Positions 1-9,117 of a stretch of DNA of 64,000 nucleotides are shown here, piece by piece. The notes under the pieces are model-generated. The model saw nothing but the letters and a program-made list of their open reading frames with translations, did no database searches and was not told the origin of the DNA. Both the position numbers and the translations under genes were made by a program. The first letter of the stretch is position 1; every line of letters starts with the position of its first letter. Origin of the DNA: Candidatus Daviesbacteria bacterium (lineage in GTDB: Bacteria; Patescibacteriota; Microgenomatia; Daviesbacterales; UBA10151). The DNA is taken from assembly GCA_021731695.1 (NCBI GenBank), contig JAKFWZ010000078.1:25073-89072 (forward strand), read 5' to 3'.

Positions 1-255
1 TATGGAATTTCAACAATTTCCTCAGCTGTCTCGGAAGGCCAGTTTATTGCCTTAGACTCTCTGGCATACCACCGGGGCCGGGAAAGCAACATAGTTGCAA
101 TTATAGTGCAAAGAGAGGTAGGATTAGCGTTAGGAAGATTTATTTTCCTGATTATTTTAGGATTATTGTTTTGGTTTGGATTACCTATAGCAGTAGTTTT
201 TGTGATTGCAGCTCTAACATCACTTCTAACCAGGCTTTATCCGGAAAAGATATAA
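1..255 (+). CDS. 3' end of a membrane protein, possibly MFS-type (partial, runs off window start)
   Basis: Frame 1 is open from base 1 to TAA at 253-255: YGISTISSAVSEGQF...REVGLALGRFIFLIILGLLFWFGLPIAVVFVIAALTSLL. Hydrophobic helices; abuts the next ATG. Confidence 0.6.
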   Translation, partial: YGISTISSAVSEGQFIALDSLAYHRGRESNIVAIIVQREVGLALGRFIFLIILGLLFWFGLPIAVVFVIAALTSLLTRLYPEKI

Positions 256-1020
256 ATGGAAATTTTAGGCTATATTTTATTTTTTACATTTTTAGGAAGT
301 ATGGGTTCCTTACTCGGAGGACTGGTTTTACTTAGGAGTAAGTCAATCGCCGAAAAAGTCTCGCACTATCTTTATTCGTATGCAGCGGGTGTTTTATTGG
401 GCACCGCATTTTTAGATCTGCTTCCTGAGGCAAGTGCCGAATCAGGAGATACAAATATTTTTCTTTGGACATTAGTCGGCATGCTTTCTTTTTTTCTTCT
501 GGTAAGATTTATTCATTGGTTTCATCATCATGATGATCACACGAAAGGGGGAACTGAATCGACAGTTCCTTTAATAATAATTGGTGATACAATTCATAAT
601 TTTATTGACGGGGTGGCAATTGCAGCAACATTTTTAGTCAGTATTCCCCTGGGGATTTTAACTACAATTGCGGTTGCAGTTCATGAGATTCCTCAGGAAA
701 TTGGTGATTTTGCAATTTTACTAAGAAAAGGGCTAAAGCGAAGTCGCGTTTTATGGATTAATATTTTAAGCGCCTGTGCTGCATTTGCAGGTGCAATTTT
801 AATGTTTTATCTTCAGGATTATCTTGAGGGGTCGCTGCCCATATTTCTGGCTTTAACTGCCGGATTTTTTATATATATCGCTTCATCAGACTTAATTCCT
901 GAAATCCATAAACAGGATAATCAGAGATTGGCATTTATTGAAAGTATATTATTGATTTTGGGGTCTGGTACGGTTTTTATTGTCGCAAAAGTTATAGAAA
1001 GTTTTGGTCTTCATGTCTGA
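256..1020 (+). CDS. ZIP family divalent metal (Zn) transporter
   Basis: HNFIDG and HEIPQEIGD motifs, His-rich loop FHHHDDH, multiple TM helices. Confidence 0.93.
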   Translation: MEILGYILFFTFLGSMGSLLGGLVLLRSKSIAEKVSHYLYSYAAGVLLGTAFLDLLPEASAESGDTNIFLWTLVGMLSFFLLVRFIHWFHHHDDHTKGGTESTVPLIIIGDTIHNFIDGVAIAATFLVSIPLGILTTIAVAVHEIPQEIGDFAILLRKGLKRSRVLWINILSACAAFAGAILMFYLQDYLEGSLPIFLALTAGFFIYIASSDLIPEIHKQDNQRLAFIESILLILGSGTVFIVAKVIESFGLHV

Positions 1021-1552
1021 GCAGATAATTTCAGAAGTTGACGATAACGGTAAGTTTATAAAGTATATCCCCAGAATGTTGGGGCATACAGGAAATGGCA
1101 GAAGACATTTAGGAATAACAATTTTAGTTTATAACTCGGAGGGCCAGTTACTTCTTCAAAAAAGAAAACACATGGTGTTTGATAATGTTTGGTGTTTTAC
1201 TGCGGATACACATCCTTACAGACTTAGAAGCGGTGAAGCTGAAACTGTTGATGAAGCTTCAAAAAGAGCACTAAAAGAAGATTTTAATATTGAAAATATT
1301 TCTTTGGAAGATCTTGGATCATTTAATTATTTTGCGATTGATGGGAAGTATTGTGAGAATGAATACTGTGCAATGATGATTGGGGAGTATGATGGTGAAA
1401 TTAAAATGAACCCTGAAAATGGATATGATTTTGAATGGATGGATAAAAAAGATTTTATTAGAGACTTTAAAGAAAATCCGGATAAATGGGCGCCATGGGT
1501 TTTGGGCGGAATAGAAATATTAAAAGAAAAGGGATTTTTTGATGGAGTATGA
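1013..1552 (+). CDS. idi: Type 1 isopentenyl-diphosphate isomerase-like NUDIX protein
   Basis: H..G..H, GQLLLQKR, THP, ENEYC and APW match the IDI-1 metal ligands; adjacent to MVA genes. The canonical catalytic Cys position is Asp. ATG at 1013 preferred. Confidence 0.75.
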   Translation: MSEQIISEVDDNGKFIKYIPRMLGHTGNGRRHLGITILVYNSEGQLLLQKRKHMVFDNVWCFTADTHPYRLRSGEAETVDEASKRALKEDFNIENISLEDLGSFNYFAIDGKYCENEYCAMMIGEYDGEIKMNPENGYDFEWMDKKDFIRDFKENPDKWAPWVLGGIEILKEKGFFDGV

Positions 1553-2078
1553 CGGCGAGCTCATTGATATTGTCAGTGAAAATAATGAAGTTATTGGAAA
1601 AGCTACAAGAGGAGAAGCTCACAGAAAAGGATTAATTCACCGGGCACTTTCTGTTTTAGTTATAAGCTCAAAAGGTGAGCTATTGCTTCAGCAAAGATCT
1701 GCAAGTAGATCAATTCATGCTCTCTCTTGGGATCTTTCAACCTCTGAACATGTTCAATCAGGTGAAGCATTTGAAAGTGCAGGAGAAAGATCTTTAAAAG
1801 AAGAGCTTGGAATCACTGCGAATGTTATTAAAGCCAGTAGTCCAAAATTGCAAAAAAGAGAATACCATTTGAAAAGCGAAATGGTTTATGAGAATGAGAT
1901 AGTTCTATCTTTAACAGCAAATCATGAAGGTCCTTTTAAACCAGATCCGAATGAAGTTGCACAGGTTAGTTTTTTTTCTGTTGATGAAATAGAAAAAATA
2001 ATTGAATCCGGAGAAAAATTTACACCTTGGTTTATTGACGAATGGGAGAATGTTAAATCGTTAATCGTTAATCGTTAA
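1542..2078 (+). CDS. Second IDI-1-like NUDIX protein
   Basis: AHRKGLIHRA, GELLLQQR, NUDIX box GEAFESAGERSLKEELGI, ENEI, FTPW. Confidence 0.75.
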   Translation: MEYDGELIDIVSENNEVIGKATRGEAHRKGLIHRALSVLVISSKGELLLQQRSASRSIHALSWDLSTSEHVQSGEAFESAGERSLKEELGITANVIKASSPKLQKREYHLKSEMVYENEIVLSLTANHEGPFKPDPNEVAQVSFFSVDEIEKIIESGEKFTPWFIDEWENVKSLIVNR

Positions 2079-2129
2079 TCGTTAATCGTTAATCGTTAAT
2101 CGTTAATCGTTAATCGTTAATCGTTAATC
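2056..2129. repeat. Perfect heptamer tandem array (AATCGTT)x10 plus AATC
   Basis: Read directly. Spans the NUDIX stop codon and ends just before the convergent mvaD stop. Confidence 0.97.
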
Positions 2130-2133
2130 AGTT

Positions 2134-3111
2134 TTAGAATAAATGCTTATCTGAAAGTTTCGTCCCATCTCCCGGTTCGTTTATTATAATTTGTTTTACT
2201 TCAGGAATTTCTTTAAGTTTCTTTCCTAATTTTTTTACATCCCTCTTTTTAGTTATTAAATGAACATCCTGACCGGTGTTGACAGTAAAGTATACTGTGA
2301 GACCTTCATCCCGCCACTTTTTTGTAAGCTTCATGATTAAAAGCGAGTTAGGGTTCAAATAAATTAACGGTGGGTTTTGAGTCATATAAATCGAGTGGAG
2401 CTCTAATGCTTCCTGCTCAATAAATTCCCCTAATTTGGTAAAGTCTTTTTTCTCTATAATTCTTTTTAGTTCTTCGTTTTTCTTTTTCATTCTCGCAACT
2501 CTTAACTTGAGAAAAGGAGAAGAGTCGGCATTTTCCTGTCCCTCAGAAGTCGGGACTTCTTTTCGGTTTCTCGAAACAACGGCGACTACATCTGCGATAT
2601 CCCAATGATCTTTAGGAAAAATTGTTTTAGCGTAAGAAGTTTCACTTGTATCTCCGTCCATCCATTCTACAATTCCAGACGGAATTGATCTGCAAGATGA
2701 TCCAGATCCCTGGCGGGCTAAAATAGATAATTCTTTTTCAGATAAATTGAGAGCTGCTGCGCTAGCTGCTGCGACAGTCAAAGCAGCAAAACCAGAAGCG
2801 GATGATGATAAGCCGGTTCCGGTAGGGAAAGAATTAACTGAAATCACTTTTGCAAATGTTTCAATTCCGGCGAGGTTTCTGATCCGGTCTAAATGCTTTG
2901 AAACTTTTGCTGCTTCTGTATCAAGTTTTTCATTGTTTATTATTATATCATCTGCTTTTAATTTTTCATCAAACTGCACTGTTGTAGTTGTTAGTAAATT
3001 TGATAAAGTCATGGAAATTGAACCATTTATAGGAAGACGCAAAATTTCATCTTTGCGTCCCCAGTATTTTGTAAAAGCAATATTTGACGGCGCAATCGCA
3101 GTTGTTTTCAT
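2134..3111 (-). CDS. mvaD: Diphosphomevalonate decarboxylase
   Basis: APSNIAFTKYWG, PTGTGLSSSASG, ARQGSGSSCRS. Confidence 0.95.
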   Translation of the reverse strand: MKTTAIAPSNIAFTKYWGRKDEILRLPINGSISMTLSNLLTTTTVQFDEKLKADDIIINNEKLDTEAAKVSKHLDRIRNLAGIETFAKVISVNSFPTGTGLSSSASGFAALTVAAASAAALNLSEKELSILARQGSGSSCRSIPSGIVEWMDGDTSETSYAKTIFPKDHWDIADVVAVVSRNRKEVPTSEGQENADSSPFLKLRVARMKKKNEELKRIIEKKDFTKLGEFIEQEALELHSIYMTQNPPLIYLNPNSLLIMKLTKKWRDEGLTVYFTVNTGQDVHLITKKRDVKKLGKKLKEIPEVKQIIINEPGDGTKLSDKHLF

Positions 3112-4082
3112 TTTTCTATTCTAACTCCTTCTGCATTTACTTCAACTTTTAAAACTTGTCCGCCGACTTTTTTAATAGCATTTTCAATCGCAGATTTTTT
3201 TGATGGGGAAGTGAGAGCAATCATACAATCACCAACTCCAGCTCCTGATAATTTTGCACCAAACGCACCGGCATCTCTTGCGGCATTAATCATATCGTCC
3301 AATTTTTTAGAACTGACCCCTATTTTGAAAAGATGAGTCTGGTTTAGATTCATAAAATCGCCTGCCTTTTTGTAGTTTTCATCAACTAATGCATTTTTCC
3401 CAAGCATCACGACCTTTTCTATTTCGTTAAATATATGAGTATAAAATTCAGGCTTCTTCTTAATTTTTTCCTGAAGCTGTTTAACTATTGTGGGTGTATC
3501 CGCCTTAGTTCCTGAGTATCCAACTACAAGGGAAAAGTTTTTTAAATGAAGCGGCTTTATCGCTTTTCCGCCAGTTAGAAAATAGATGGTTCCGCCATAA
3601 ATGGCAGCGGCTATATCAAATCCTGAACCAACTCCGGCAATTTCCAGAACTGTCTTATACGATAAATCAAAAATTTCTTTGTTAGACAGATTTAAATTTG
3701 AAATTTCAGATAGTGCTTTAATTGCACAAACCGTAGAAGCAGAGGAGGAGCCAAATCCAAAAGTGGATTTAAAATCAGAAATTGTTTTAAATTTAAAGCC
3801 TGACTTTTGAGGATATTCTTTAATGAAATTTTTTAATGCAATCTCTGTAAATTTTGCTCCTTTTGGAATGTCGCCTTTGCCTAAATCAAAAATCTTTTTT
3901 TTGTAACCATCTATTCCAACATCTGGCGCATCTAATTCGAAATATGGTGCTTCAATAGTTGTTAGTTGAAGCTTCAGCCTTTGATCAACAGCAGTAACGA
4001 TACAAGGTCTATTGTAAACAACAGCATGTTCTCCAAAAAGCATTAATTTGCCGGGTGCTGAAACAGTAATTTGGTTTTTCAT
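3108..4082 (-). CDS. GHMP kinase, probably phosphomevalonate kinase
   Basis: APGKLMLFGEHAVVY, GFGSSSA, GSGFDIAAAIYGG, AKLSGAGVGDC; lies between mvk and mvaD. Confidence 0.8.
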   Translation of the reverse strand: MKNQITVSAPGKLMLFGEHAVVYNRPCIVTAVDQRLKLQLTTIEAPYFELDAPDVGIDGYKKKIFDLGKGDIPKGAKFTEIALKNFIKEYPQKSGFKFKTISDFKSTFGFGSSSASTVCAIKALSEISNLNLSNKEIFDLSYKTVLEIAGVGSGFDIAAAIYGGTIYFLTGGKAIKPLHLKNFSLVVGYSGTKADTPTIVKQLQEKIKKKPEFYTHIFNEIEKVVMLGKNALVDENYKKAGDFMNLNQTHLFKIGVSSKKLDDMINAARDAGAFGAKLSGAGVGDCMIALTSPSKKSAIENAIKKVGGQVLKVEVNAEGVRIEK

Positions 4083-4996
4083 ATTGTGATTGAATAATAA
4101 TCGTATTTGTTTTTCTTTGCAAATTCTACTATGGTATTTGGATCTTCGTGAAAGGCTAAAATCATTCCCGAACCTTCTTTGATTCCACCAGCGCCAGATA
4201 TTTTTCCTGCTCCGCCTAGCGTTTCGATATTGTGAATAATCTGTTTAGCGGCCTCACCAACAACTCCAAGTTTTTCCAGATTTCTTTCAGCTTTTTTTAT
4301 TATTTTAATAAACTTCTCCTGATCTCCCTTTTTTAAAACTTTTGCCATTCGAGTTGCTAATGCTCCCTGGGATTGAAAAATACCAATTATTTCTGATTGC
4401 GACCTTGCATAATTATCTTTGACTAATTGAAGCATTTCAGCTGTTGTCTCAGCTGGTTTTCCTGAATTAATCAAAACCAGATTCGCTATCTCTTCCGGGA
4501 TTTTAAATCCAAGCGGTTTAATTTTATTTGTGGTCTTACCCTTTCTGAATAGAATAATTCCTGATTGTAAAACTGCGGCCAAATCTCCACCAGACGGATT
4601 GCCGTGAAATATTTTTTCTCCCTCGATAGCGATGTCAAAAATATCTTTTTCTGTATAATCAATTTTTAAAAACTTTAGTAAACAAATTGCAAAAGCTGAA
4701 GAAAGCGAGGCGGAAGTTCCGAGACCGGAGCCGACTGGTATTTGTGTTTTATCTATTTCTATTTTATACATGGGAATTTCCACCCCAAATTTTTCTTTGA
4801 TCTTTTTCTCAATAGAATTTTGCAATCTATAAATTGCATCATCATAATGAACAATCCCTAAAATTTCTTTAGTCTTTGATTTAGTTATTTTTGCTGAAAG
4901 ATATAAATTAACCGAAGCTAAAATTGCTGGTTTTCCGTATACAACACTATGCTCACCGATCAAATGAATTTTCCCTGGGATTGATATTTTAATCAT
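4079..4996 (-). CDS. mvk: Mevalonate kinase
   Basis: PGKIHLIGEHSVVYG, PVGSGLGTSA, HGNPSGGD, KISGAGG. Start corrected to ATG 4996 because the longer ORF reads through repeats. Confidence 0.9.
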   Translation of the reverse strand: MIKISIPGKIHLIGEHSVVYGKPAILASVNLYLSAKITKSKTKEILGIVHYDDAIYRLQNSIEKKIKEKFGVEIPMYKIEIDKTQIPVGSGLGTSASLSSAFAICLLKFLKIDYTEKDIFDIAIEGEKIFHGNPSGGDLAAVLQSGIILFRKGKTTNKIKPLGFKIPEEIANLVLINSGKPAETTAEMLQLVKDNYARSQSEIIGIFQSQGALATRMAKVLKKGDQEKFIKIIKKAERNLEKLGVVGEAAKQIIHNIETLGGAGKISGAGGIKEGSGMILAFHEDPNTIVEFAKKNKYDYYSITI

Positions 4997-5000
4997 ATTA

Positions 5001-5123
5001 ATGAAGCACCACGGGCTTACGCCCGTGGTTTCTTCTAGCTTCAAGCGGCTAAGGTCGCTTGTCCTCACACTACGTGTTCGGAAAATCTTCATCCGCGAGC
5101 TAATGCTCGTGGTTTTAAGATTT
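5001..5123 (-). mobile_element. Non-autonomous IS200/IS605-like miniature element (two subterminal hairpins)
   Basis: Minus strand reads AAAACCACGAGCATTAGCTCGCGGATGAAG ... GAAACCACGGGCGTAAGCCCGTGGTGCTTCAT. Related copies at about 10109-10199, 11817-11935, 30708-30738 and 39643-39759. Confidence 0.6.
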
Positions 5124-5128
5124 GTCGC

Positions 5129-5232
5129 TATAAACCAATAACCCAATATAACAAATAAAGCCAATGTCCAATAAAGTCGCAACAAAAATAATTAGGAATT
5201 GGTTTATTGGGTTATTTATATATTGGTTTATT
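5129..5232. repeat. Imperfect hairpin of degenerate CCAATAAA / TTTATTGG 8-mer arms
   Basis: Left arm aaccaata repeats, right arm tattggtt repeats; same family at 7783-7905 and 50293-50432. Confidence 0.75.
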
Positions 5233-5536
5233 ATTTTATGGCGGGCCTCACTTTAACTATATATTCAATAATTTCCGATGGATTAACTTTTTTACCTCTT
5301 CTTATAACAGTCACAACTTTTAAATTTGGTTTTAATGAAGATTCTTCACAATCAACAATTTGAGCTGGCATTTTTTCTCCGTTTTCAAATTCAACAATAC
5401 CAGAAATATACGGAATAAAATCTTCAAAGCCTAAAGGAGGTACTGAAATTTTTGTCCACACCAAAAGTTTACCCGTTCTATTAAGGTACTTATTTAAAGT
5501 TTTATGGTGTCTCCAGACTTGTGATGGGTTAGTCAT
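5231..5536 (-). CDS. DUF35 (ChsH2-like OB-fold) scaffold protein of the thiolase/HMGS complex
   Basis: GKLLVWTKISVPPLGFEDFIPYISGIVEFENG; overlaps the thiolase stop. No N-terminal Zn-ribbon cysteines. ATG 5536 preferred. Confidence 0.85.
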   Translation of the reverse strand: MTNPSQVWRHHKTLNKYLNRTGKLLVWTKISVPPLGFEDFIPYISGIVEFENGEKMPAQIVDCEESSLKPNLKVVTVIRRGKKVNPSEIIEYIVKVRPAIK

Positions 5537-6662
5537 TTTGTAATATATGTACGGCGACTGTTGCACCTGTTCCTCCGACATTTTGCGTTAATCCGATTTT
5601 CGGATTCTTAATTTGTCGGTTTACCGCAGTGCCTTTTAATTGTTCATAAACTTCAATAATTTGTTTCACACCAGTTGCACCAACCGGGTGACCGCAGCCC
5701 TTAAGGCCTCCTGAGGTGTTAACTGGCAGATTGCCGCCAAGCTTTGTTATTCCGCTCTCAATAAATTTTCCGCCATCACCTTTTTTGCAAAACCCTAAGT
5801 CTTCCATTGCCAGAATTTCAGCGATTGTAAAACAATCATGCACTTCGAGTAAGTCAACTTCTTTTTGAGTAATGCCTGCTTGTTCGAAGGCTTTTTTAGA
5901 AGCCCTTATTGTTGCTGATATTTCATTCAAGTTTTTTCTTTCTGATAGTCCGACAGAATCACTTGCGACAGCACTGGCACTGATGTAGACATCTGATGGT
6001 TTGGAAGAGCTTAATACAACAGCAGCAGCCCCGTCAGTAATGGGTGATGAATCAAAAAGTGTTAAAGGGTCAGCGATCATTGAAGAATTCAAAACTTTAT
6101 CAACAGAAATTTCAAAAGAGTATTGGGCTTTAGGATTTAAAGAAGCATGATAGTGATTTTTTACTGCAACCGAAGCCAGCTGTTCTCTCGTTGTTCCATA
6201 TTTTTTCATATGAGATTTTGACATCAATGCATAAAGAGCGGGAAAAGTTAGACCGGATTGTCTCTCGGCTTCCGAGGCTGCTCCCATTAGAGCTGTACCG
6301 ATTTCTGAAGTTGATAAATCTGTCATTTTTTCAACACCAATAACTAAAACATTTTCATAAAGTCCGGATAAGACTCCGGTAACTGCCTGATGAACCGCAA
6401 CGCCCCCTGAAGCACAGGCTGCTTCAACATGAGCGCTCGATGTATTAATTCCGAGCTTTTGTGCAACAAGCGCCCCCAGATGATCCTGACCGCTGGCTTT
6501 TCCATATAACATGTTTCCGACAATCACTGCATCAATCTGACCTGCTTTTAATCCAGAATCTTTTAAAGCTTCTGATCCCGCATCATATGCCAGATCCAAA
6601 AGTCCTTTATCCCAAAGTTCGCCAAATTTTGTAATACCGGAACCAAGTATGTTTACTTTCAT
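5529..6662 (-). CDS. Acetoacetyl-CoA thiolase, archaeal/SCP2 type
   Basis: VEAACASGG, EVHDCFTIAE, GHPVGATG, NVGG. Confidence 0.93.
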   Translation of the reverse strand: MKVNILGSGITKFGELWDKGLLDLAYDAGSEALKDSGLKAGQIDAVIVGNMLYGKASGQDHLGALVAQKLGINTSSAHVEAACASGGVAVHQAVTGVLSGLYENVLVIGVEKMTDLSTSEIGTALMGAASEAERQSGLTFPALYALMSKSHMKKYGTTREQLASVAVKNHYHASLNPKAQYSFEISVDKVLNSSMIADPLTLFDSSPITDGAAAVVLSSSKPSDVYISASAVASDSVGLSERKNLNEISATIRASKKAFEQAGITQKEVDLLEVHDCFTIAEILAMEDLGFCKKGDGGKFIESGITKLGGNLPVNTSGGLKGCGHPVGATGVKQIIEVYEQLKGTAVNRQIKNPKIGLTQNVGGTGATVAVHILQND

Positions 6663-6674
6663 AATTTAAAATTT

Positions 6675-7772
6675 TTAAACGTACCCTTTCGACATTAATA
6701 TTTTTAGTAGATAAGAGTAGTTAATATATTCTTTATTTTTGATTTGATCTGCAACCTTTGTTTTTTTCTTCTTTTGATAAGCAGTGATTAGGGGAGTAGC
6801 TTCCAGGATAAAAGCGTCGGATCCGGCTCCTGATCCGTAACTACATAAAAATATTTTTTGGTTTGGTTTAGCGATATCTAAAACTGCAGCTAATCCTAAA
6901 AGAGAAGAGGCAGAGTAGGGGTTGCCGATATCCTCAACTTTAAAACCTGCTTCTAATTGTTCTTTTTTAAAGCCTAATTTTTTTGCCACCTCTTTTGGGA
7001 ACTTACTGTTTGGCATATGAAAAACAACATAATCAAAATCTGAGGGTTTCGTCTTGGTTTTTTCCATCAAATGAGTTGATGCACTCATTACATGAGTGAA
7101 ATACGCCGGATCTCCGGTGAATCTGCCTCCGTGTGAGGGAAATTTTTGTCCGTCGCGTCTCCAAAAATCCGGTGTATCGGATGAATAGGATGTTGATTCG
7201 ATTACATTGGCGATGACTTTCTTGCCGCTTCCTAAAACGGATCCTTCAGCTCCTTTTGGGTTCTTGCTAGTTGAATCGGAACCCAAAATAAAAGCGGCGG
7301 ACGCAGAAGCTGCCGTGTATTCTAAAGCATCCCCGGGTTTTGCTTGTGCAACATCGGACCCAATCACTAAACCGTATTTATTTTTCTTAAGTTCATCCAT
7401 CATGGAGATAAGCCTCATCGCTGCGGTTGCGGCTTTGCAGGCAAATTGAGTGTCGATAGCCAAATAGTTGTGCGGAAGACCCAATATTTCGCCAACGATA
7501 GTAGAAGTAGGTTTTACTGCATATGGGTGAGATTCTGAACCAACCGCTAAAGCTTTAATGTCGGCCAAGGGGATTTGACCAGATTCGATTGCAGCCATAC
7601 CTGCTTCGACAGCAAGTGTCGTGGCGTCCTCGTCCAGTGAAGCTACGGATTTTTCACTGAGCCCTAAACCTCTTTCGATTTCTCCGGCATTCTTATTCCA
7701 GAAATTCGCAATTTCAGAAATCTTAACGCGATATTTAGGAATGTAAGTTCCGTATGAAATTATTCCAATCAT
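6675..7772 (-). CDS. mvaS: Hydroxymethylglutaryl-CoA synthase, archaeal type
   Basis: GSESHPYAVKP, QFACKAAT, DTPDFWRR, VFHMPN, IGNPYS, SYGSGAGSD. Confidence 0.93.
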   Translation of the reverse strand: MIGIISYGTYIPKYRVKISEIANFWNKNAGEIERGLGLSEKSVASLDEDATTLAVEAGMAAIESGQIPLADIKALAVGSESHPYAVKPTSTIVGEILGLPHNYLAIDTQFACKAATAAMRLISMMDELKKNKYGLVIGSDVAQAKPGDALEYTAASASAAFILGSDSTSKNPKGAEGSVLGSGKKVIANVIESTSYSSDTPDFWRRDGQKFPSHGGRFTGDPAYFTHVMSASTHLMEKTKTKPSDFDYVVFHMPNSKFPKEVAKKLGFKKEQLEAGFKVEDIGNPYSASSLLGLAAVLDIAKPNQKIFLCSYGSGAGSDAFILEATPLITAYQKKKKTKVADQIKNKEYINYSYLLKILMSKGYV

Positions 7773-7782
7773 GTTTAATATT

Positions 7783-7905
7783 TAATAAACCAATAAACCA
7801 ATAAACCAATTTCAAATAAAATTGCCTTGGGACTTCGTCTAAAACCAATTCCCAATGCGCTCCAATCTTATTGAAATTTGTATATTTGACATTGGTTTAT
7901 TTGTA
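7783..7905. repeat. 8-mer (CAATAAAC) array with a degenerate inverted arm
   Basis: taataaac caataaac caataaac caat ... attggtttatttg. Confidence 0.7.
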
Positions 7906-7909
7906 TATT

Positions 7910-9055
7910 CTAGCGTCCTTTCCTTCCAAGTTTAACATGCGAACTTGCCAGGGTGCCTTCTGAAAGTGAAGCAAGTAGTGAGAGTTCGCCGGCTAAAACT
8001 GAAGCGGCTATAACTTCAGAAAATTCTAGCACATCTTGAGCACCAATTATATTTAGAGCCTCTTTTTGCGAAGGCAGATTGGTTCCTCCGCCGACGGTCC
8101 CAACCATTAAGGAGGGGAGATAGACAGAGAAATATAAATCACCTTTTTCTGTAACTTCTGCACTGGTTACTCCTAAACTTCCTTCAACAATTTGTCCCAG
8201 GTCCTGTCCCGTTGCAGCAAAAATTGCAGCAATTATATTTGCAAAATGTGCATTAAATCCAATAGATCCGGCCATTGCCGAACCCGTTAGAACTTTTCTA
8301 TAAACTAAGTCAGCTATTTTTTCAGGTGTGGTTTTTAAAATCTCGCGAACGACAGATTTTTTAAGTGTGCAATCTGCCCAAACCATTTTTCCCCGACCTT
8401 CTATAAAATTCAGCCAAGCCGGTTTTTTATCAATATCATAATTTCCTGAAATAGAAATGCAACTTGATCCGGTATTTTTTTCAATAAACGGGATAACATC
8501 AGTAACAGCGATAGTTGCCATATTCATTCCCATTGCGTCTTTTGAATCAAAAGAAAATCTCACAAATAAATTTTTCCCTGCAAGGCTGGAAGTGATTGTA
8601 TTAAGTTTTAAATGAGAAGAGGTGCTTTCGCAAATCTTGGCAATTTTTCCGAAATTTCTCCCCAACCATTTTTTTATTTCAAAAGAGTGAGTGATGCCAC
8701 GGGTTTTAAAAACCGGACTTCTGGTTACACCAACATTTTGGATTTCGACAGAAGCTCCTCCTGAAAGAGCTACGGCTTTGCAGCCTCTTGAAACGGAAGC
8801 AACTAAAGCGCCTTCTGTTGTGGCGAGGGGAATGTAATATTTGCGCGTGGCTTGTGGCGCGTGGCGAATGGAAATTGGACCTGCAATTCCCAGAGGAATC
8901 TGAACAGAACCGATTAAGTTTTCAATATTTTTACCATTTACAGATTCCTCTGAAAAGTTAAAACCGGAAATTGCATTAAGATTTATTTTAAGCTCTGATT
9001 CTAAAAAATCTTTCCTACTCGCAGCTGTTTTAAAATCGCGAAGACTTTTGCTCAT
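7910..9055 (-). CDS. hmgA: HMG-CoA reductase, class I
   Basis: IENLIG, PLATTEGALVAS, DAMGMNM, SGNYDIDKKP, GQD, GTVGGGT. Confidence 0.95.
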   Translation of the reverse strand: MSKSLRDFKTAASRKDFLESELKINLNAISGFNFSEESVNGKNIENLIGSVQIPLGIAGPISIRHAPQATRKYYIPLATTEGALVASVSRGCKAVALSGGASVEIQNVGVTRSPVFKTRGITHSFEIKKWLGRNFGKIAKICESTSSHLKLNTITSSLAGKNLFVRFSFDSKDAMGMNMATIAVTDVIPFIEKNTGSSCISISGNYDIDKKPAWLNFIEGRGKMVWADCTLKKSVVREILKTTPEKIADLVYRKVLTGSAMAGSIGFNAHFANIIAAIFAATGQDLGQIVEGSLGVTSAEVTEKGDLYFSVYLPSLMVGTVGGGTNLPSQKEALNIIGAQDVLEFSEVIAASVLAGELSLLASLSEGTLASSHVKLGRKGR

Positions 9056-9117
9056 AAGCGAGATGTCATTCTAACAAATCTGTGCGCAAATGGGAAATTT
9101 GTGTTACAGTATCGGGC

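Noticed and set aside
2056-2129. Tandem arrays here and at 53883-53952 as CRISPR arrays
   Set aside because: 7-nt units with no spacers, and no cas genes in the window.
4997-5185. Hydrophobic N-terminal extension of mevalonate kinase
   Set aside because: It is a translation of two repeat elements; the kinase motif starts right after ATG 4996.
2747-7449. Plus-strand ORFs 2747-3124, 3601-3810 and 7207-7449
   Set aside because: Antisense shadows of well-supported mevalonate genes.
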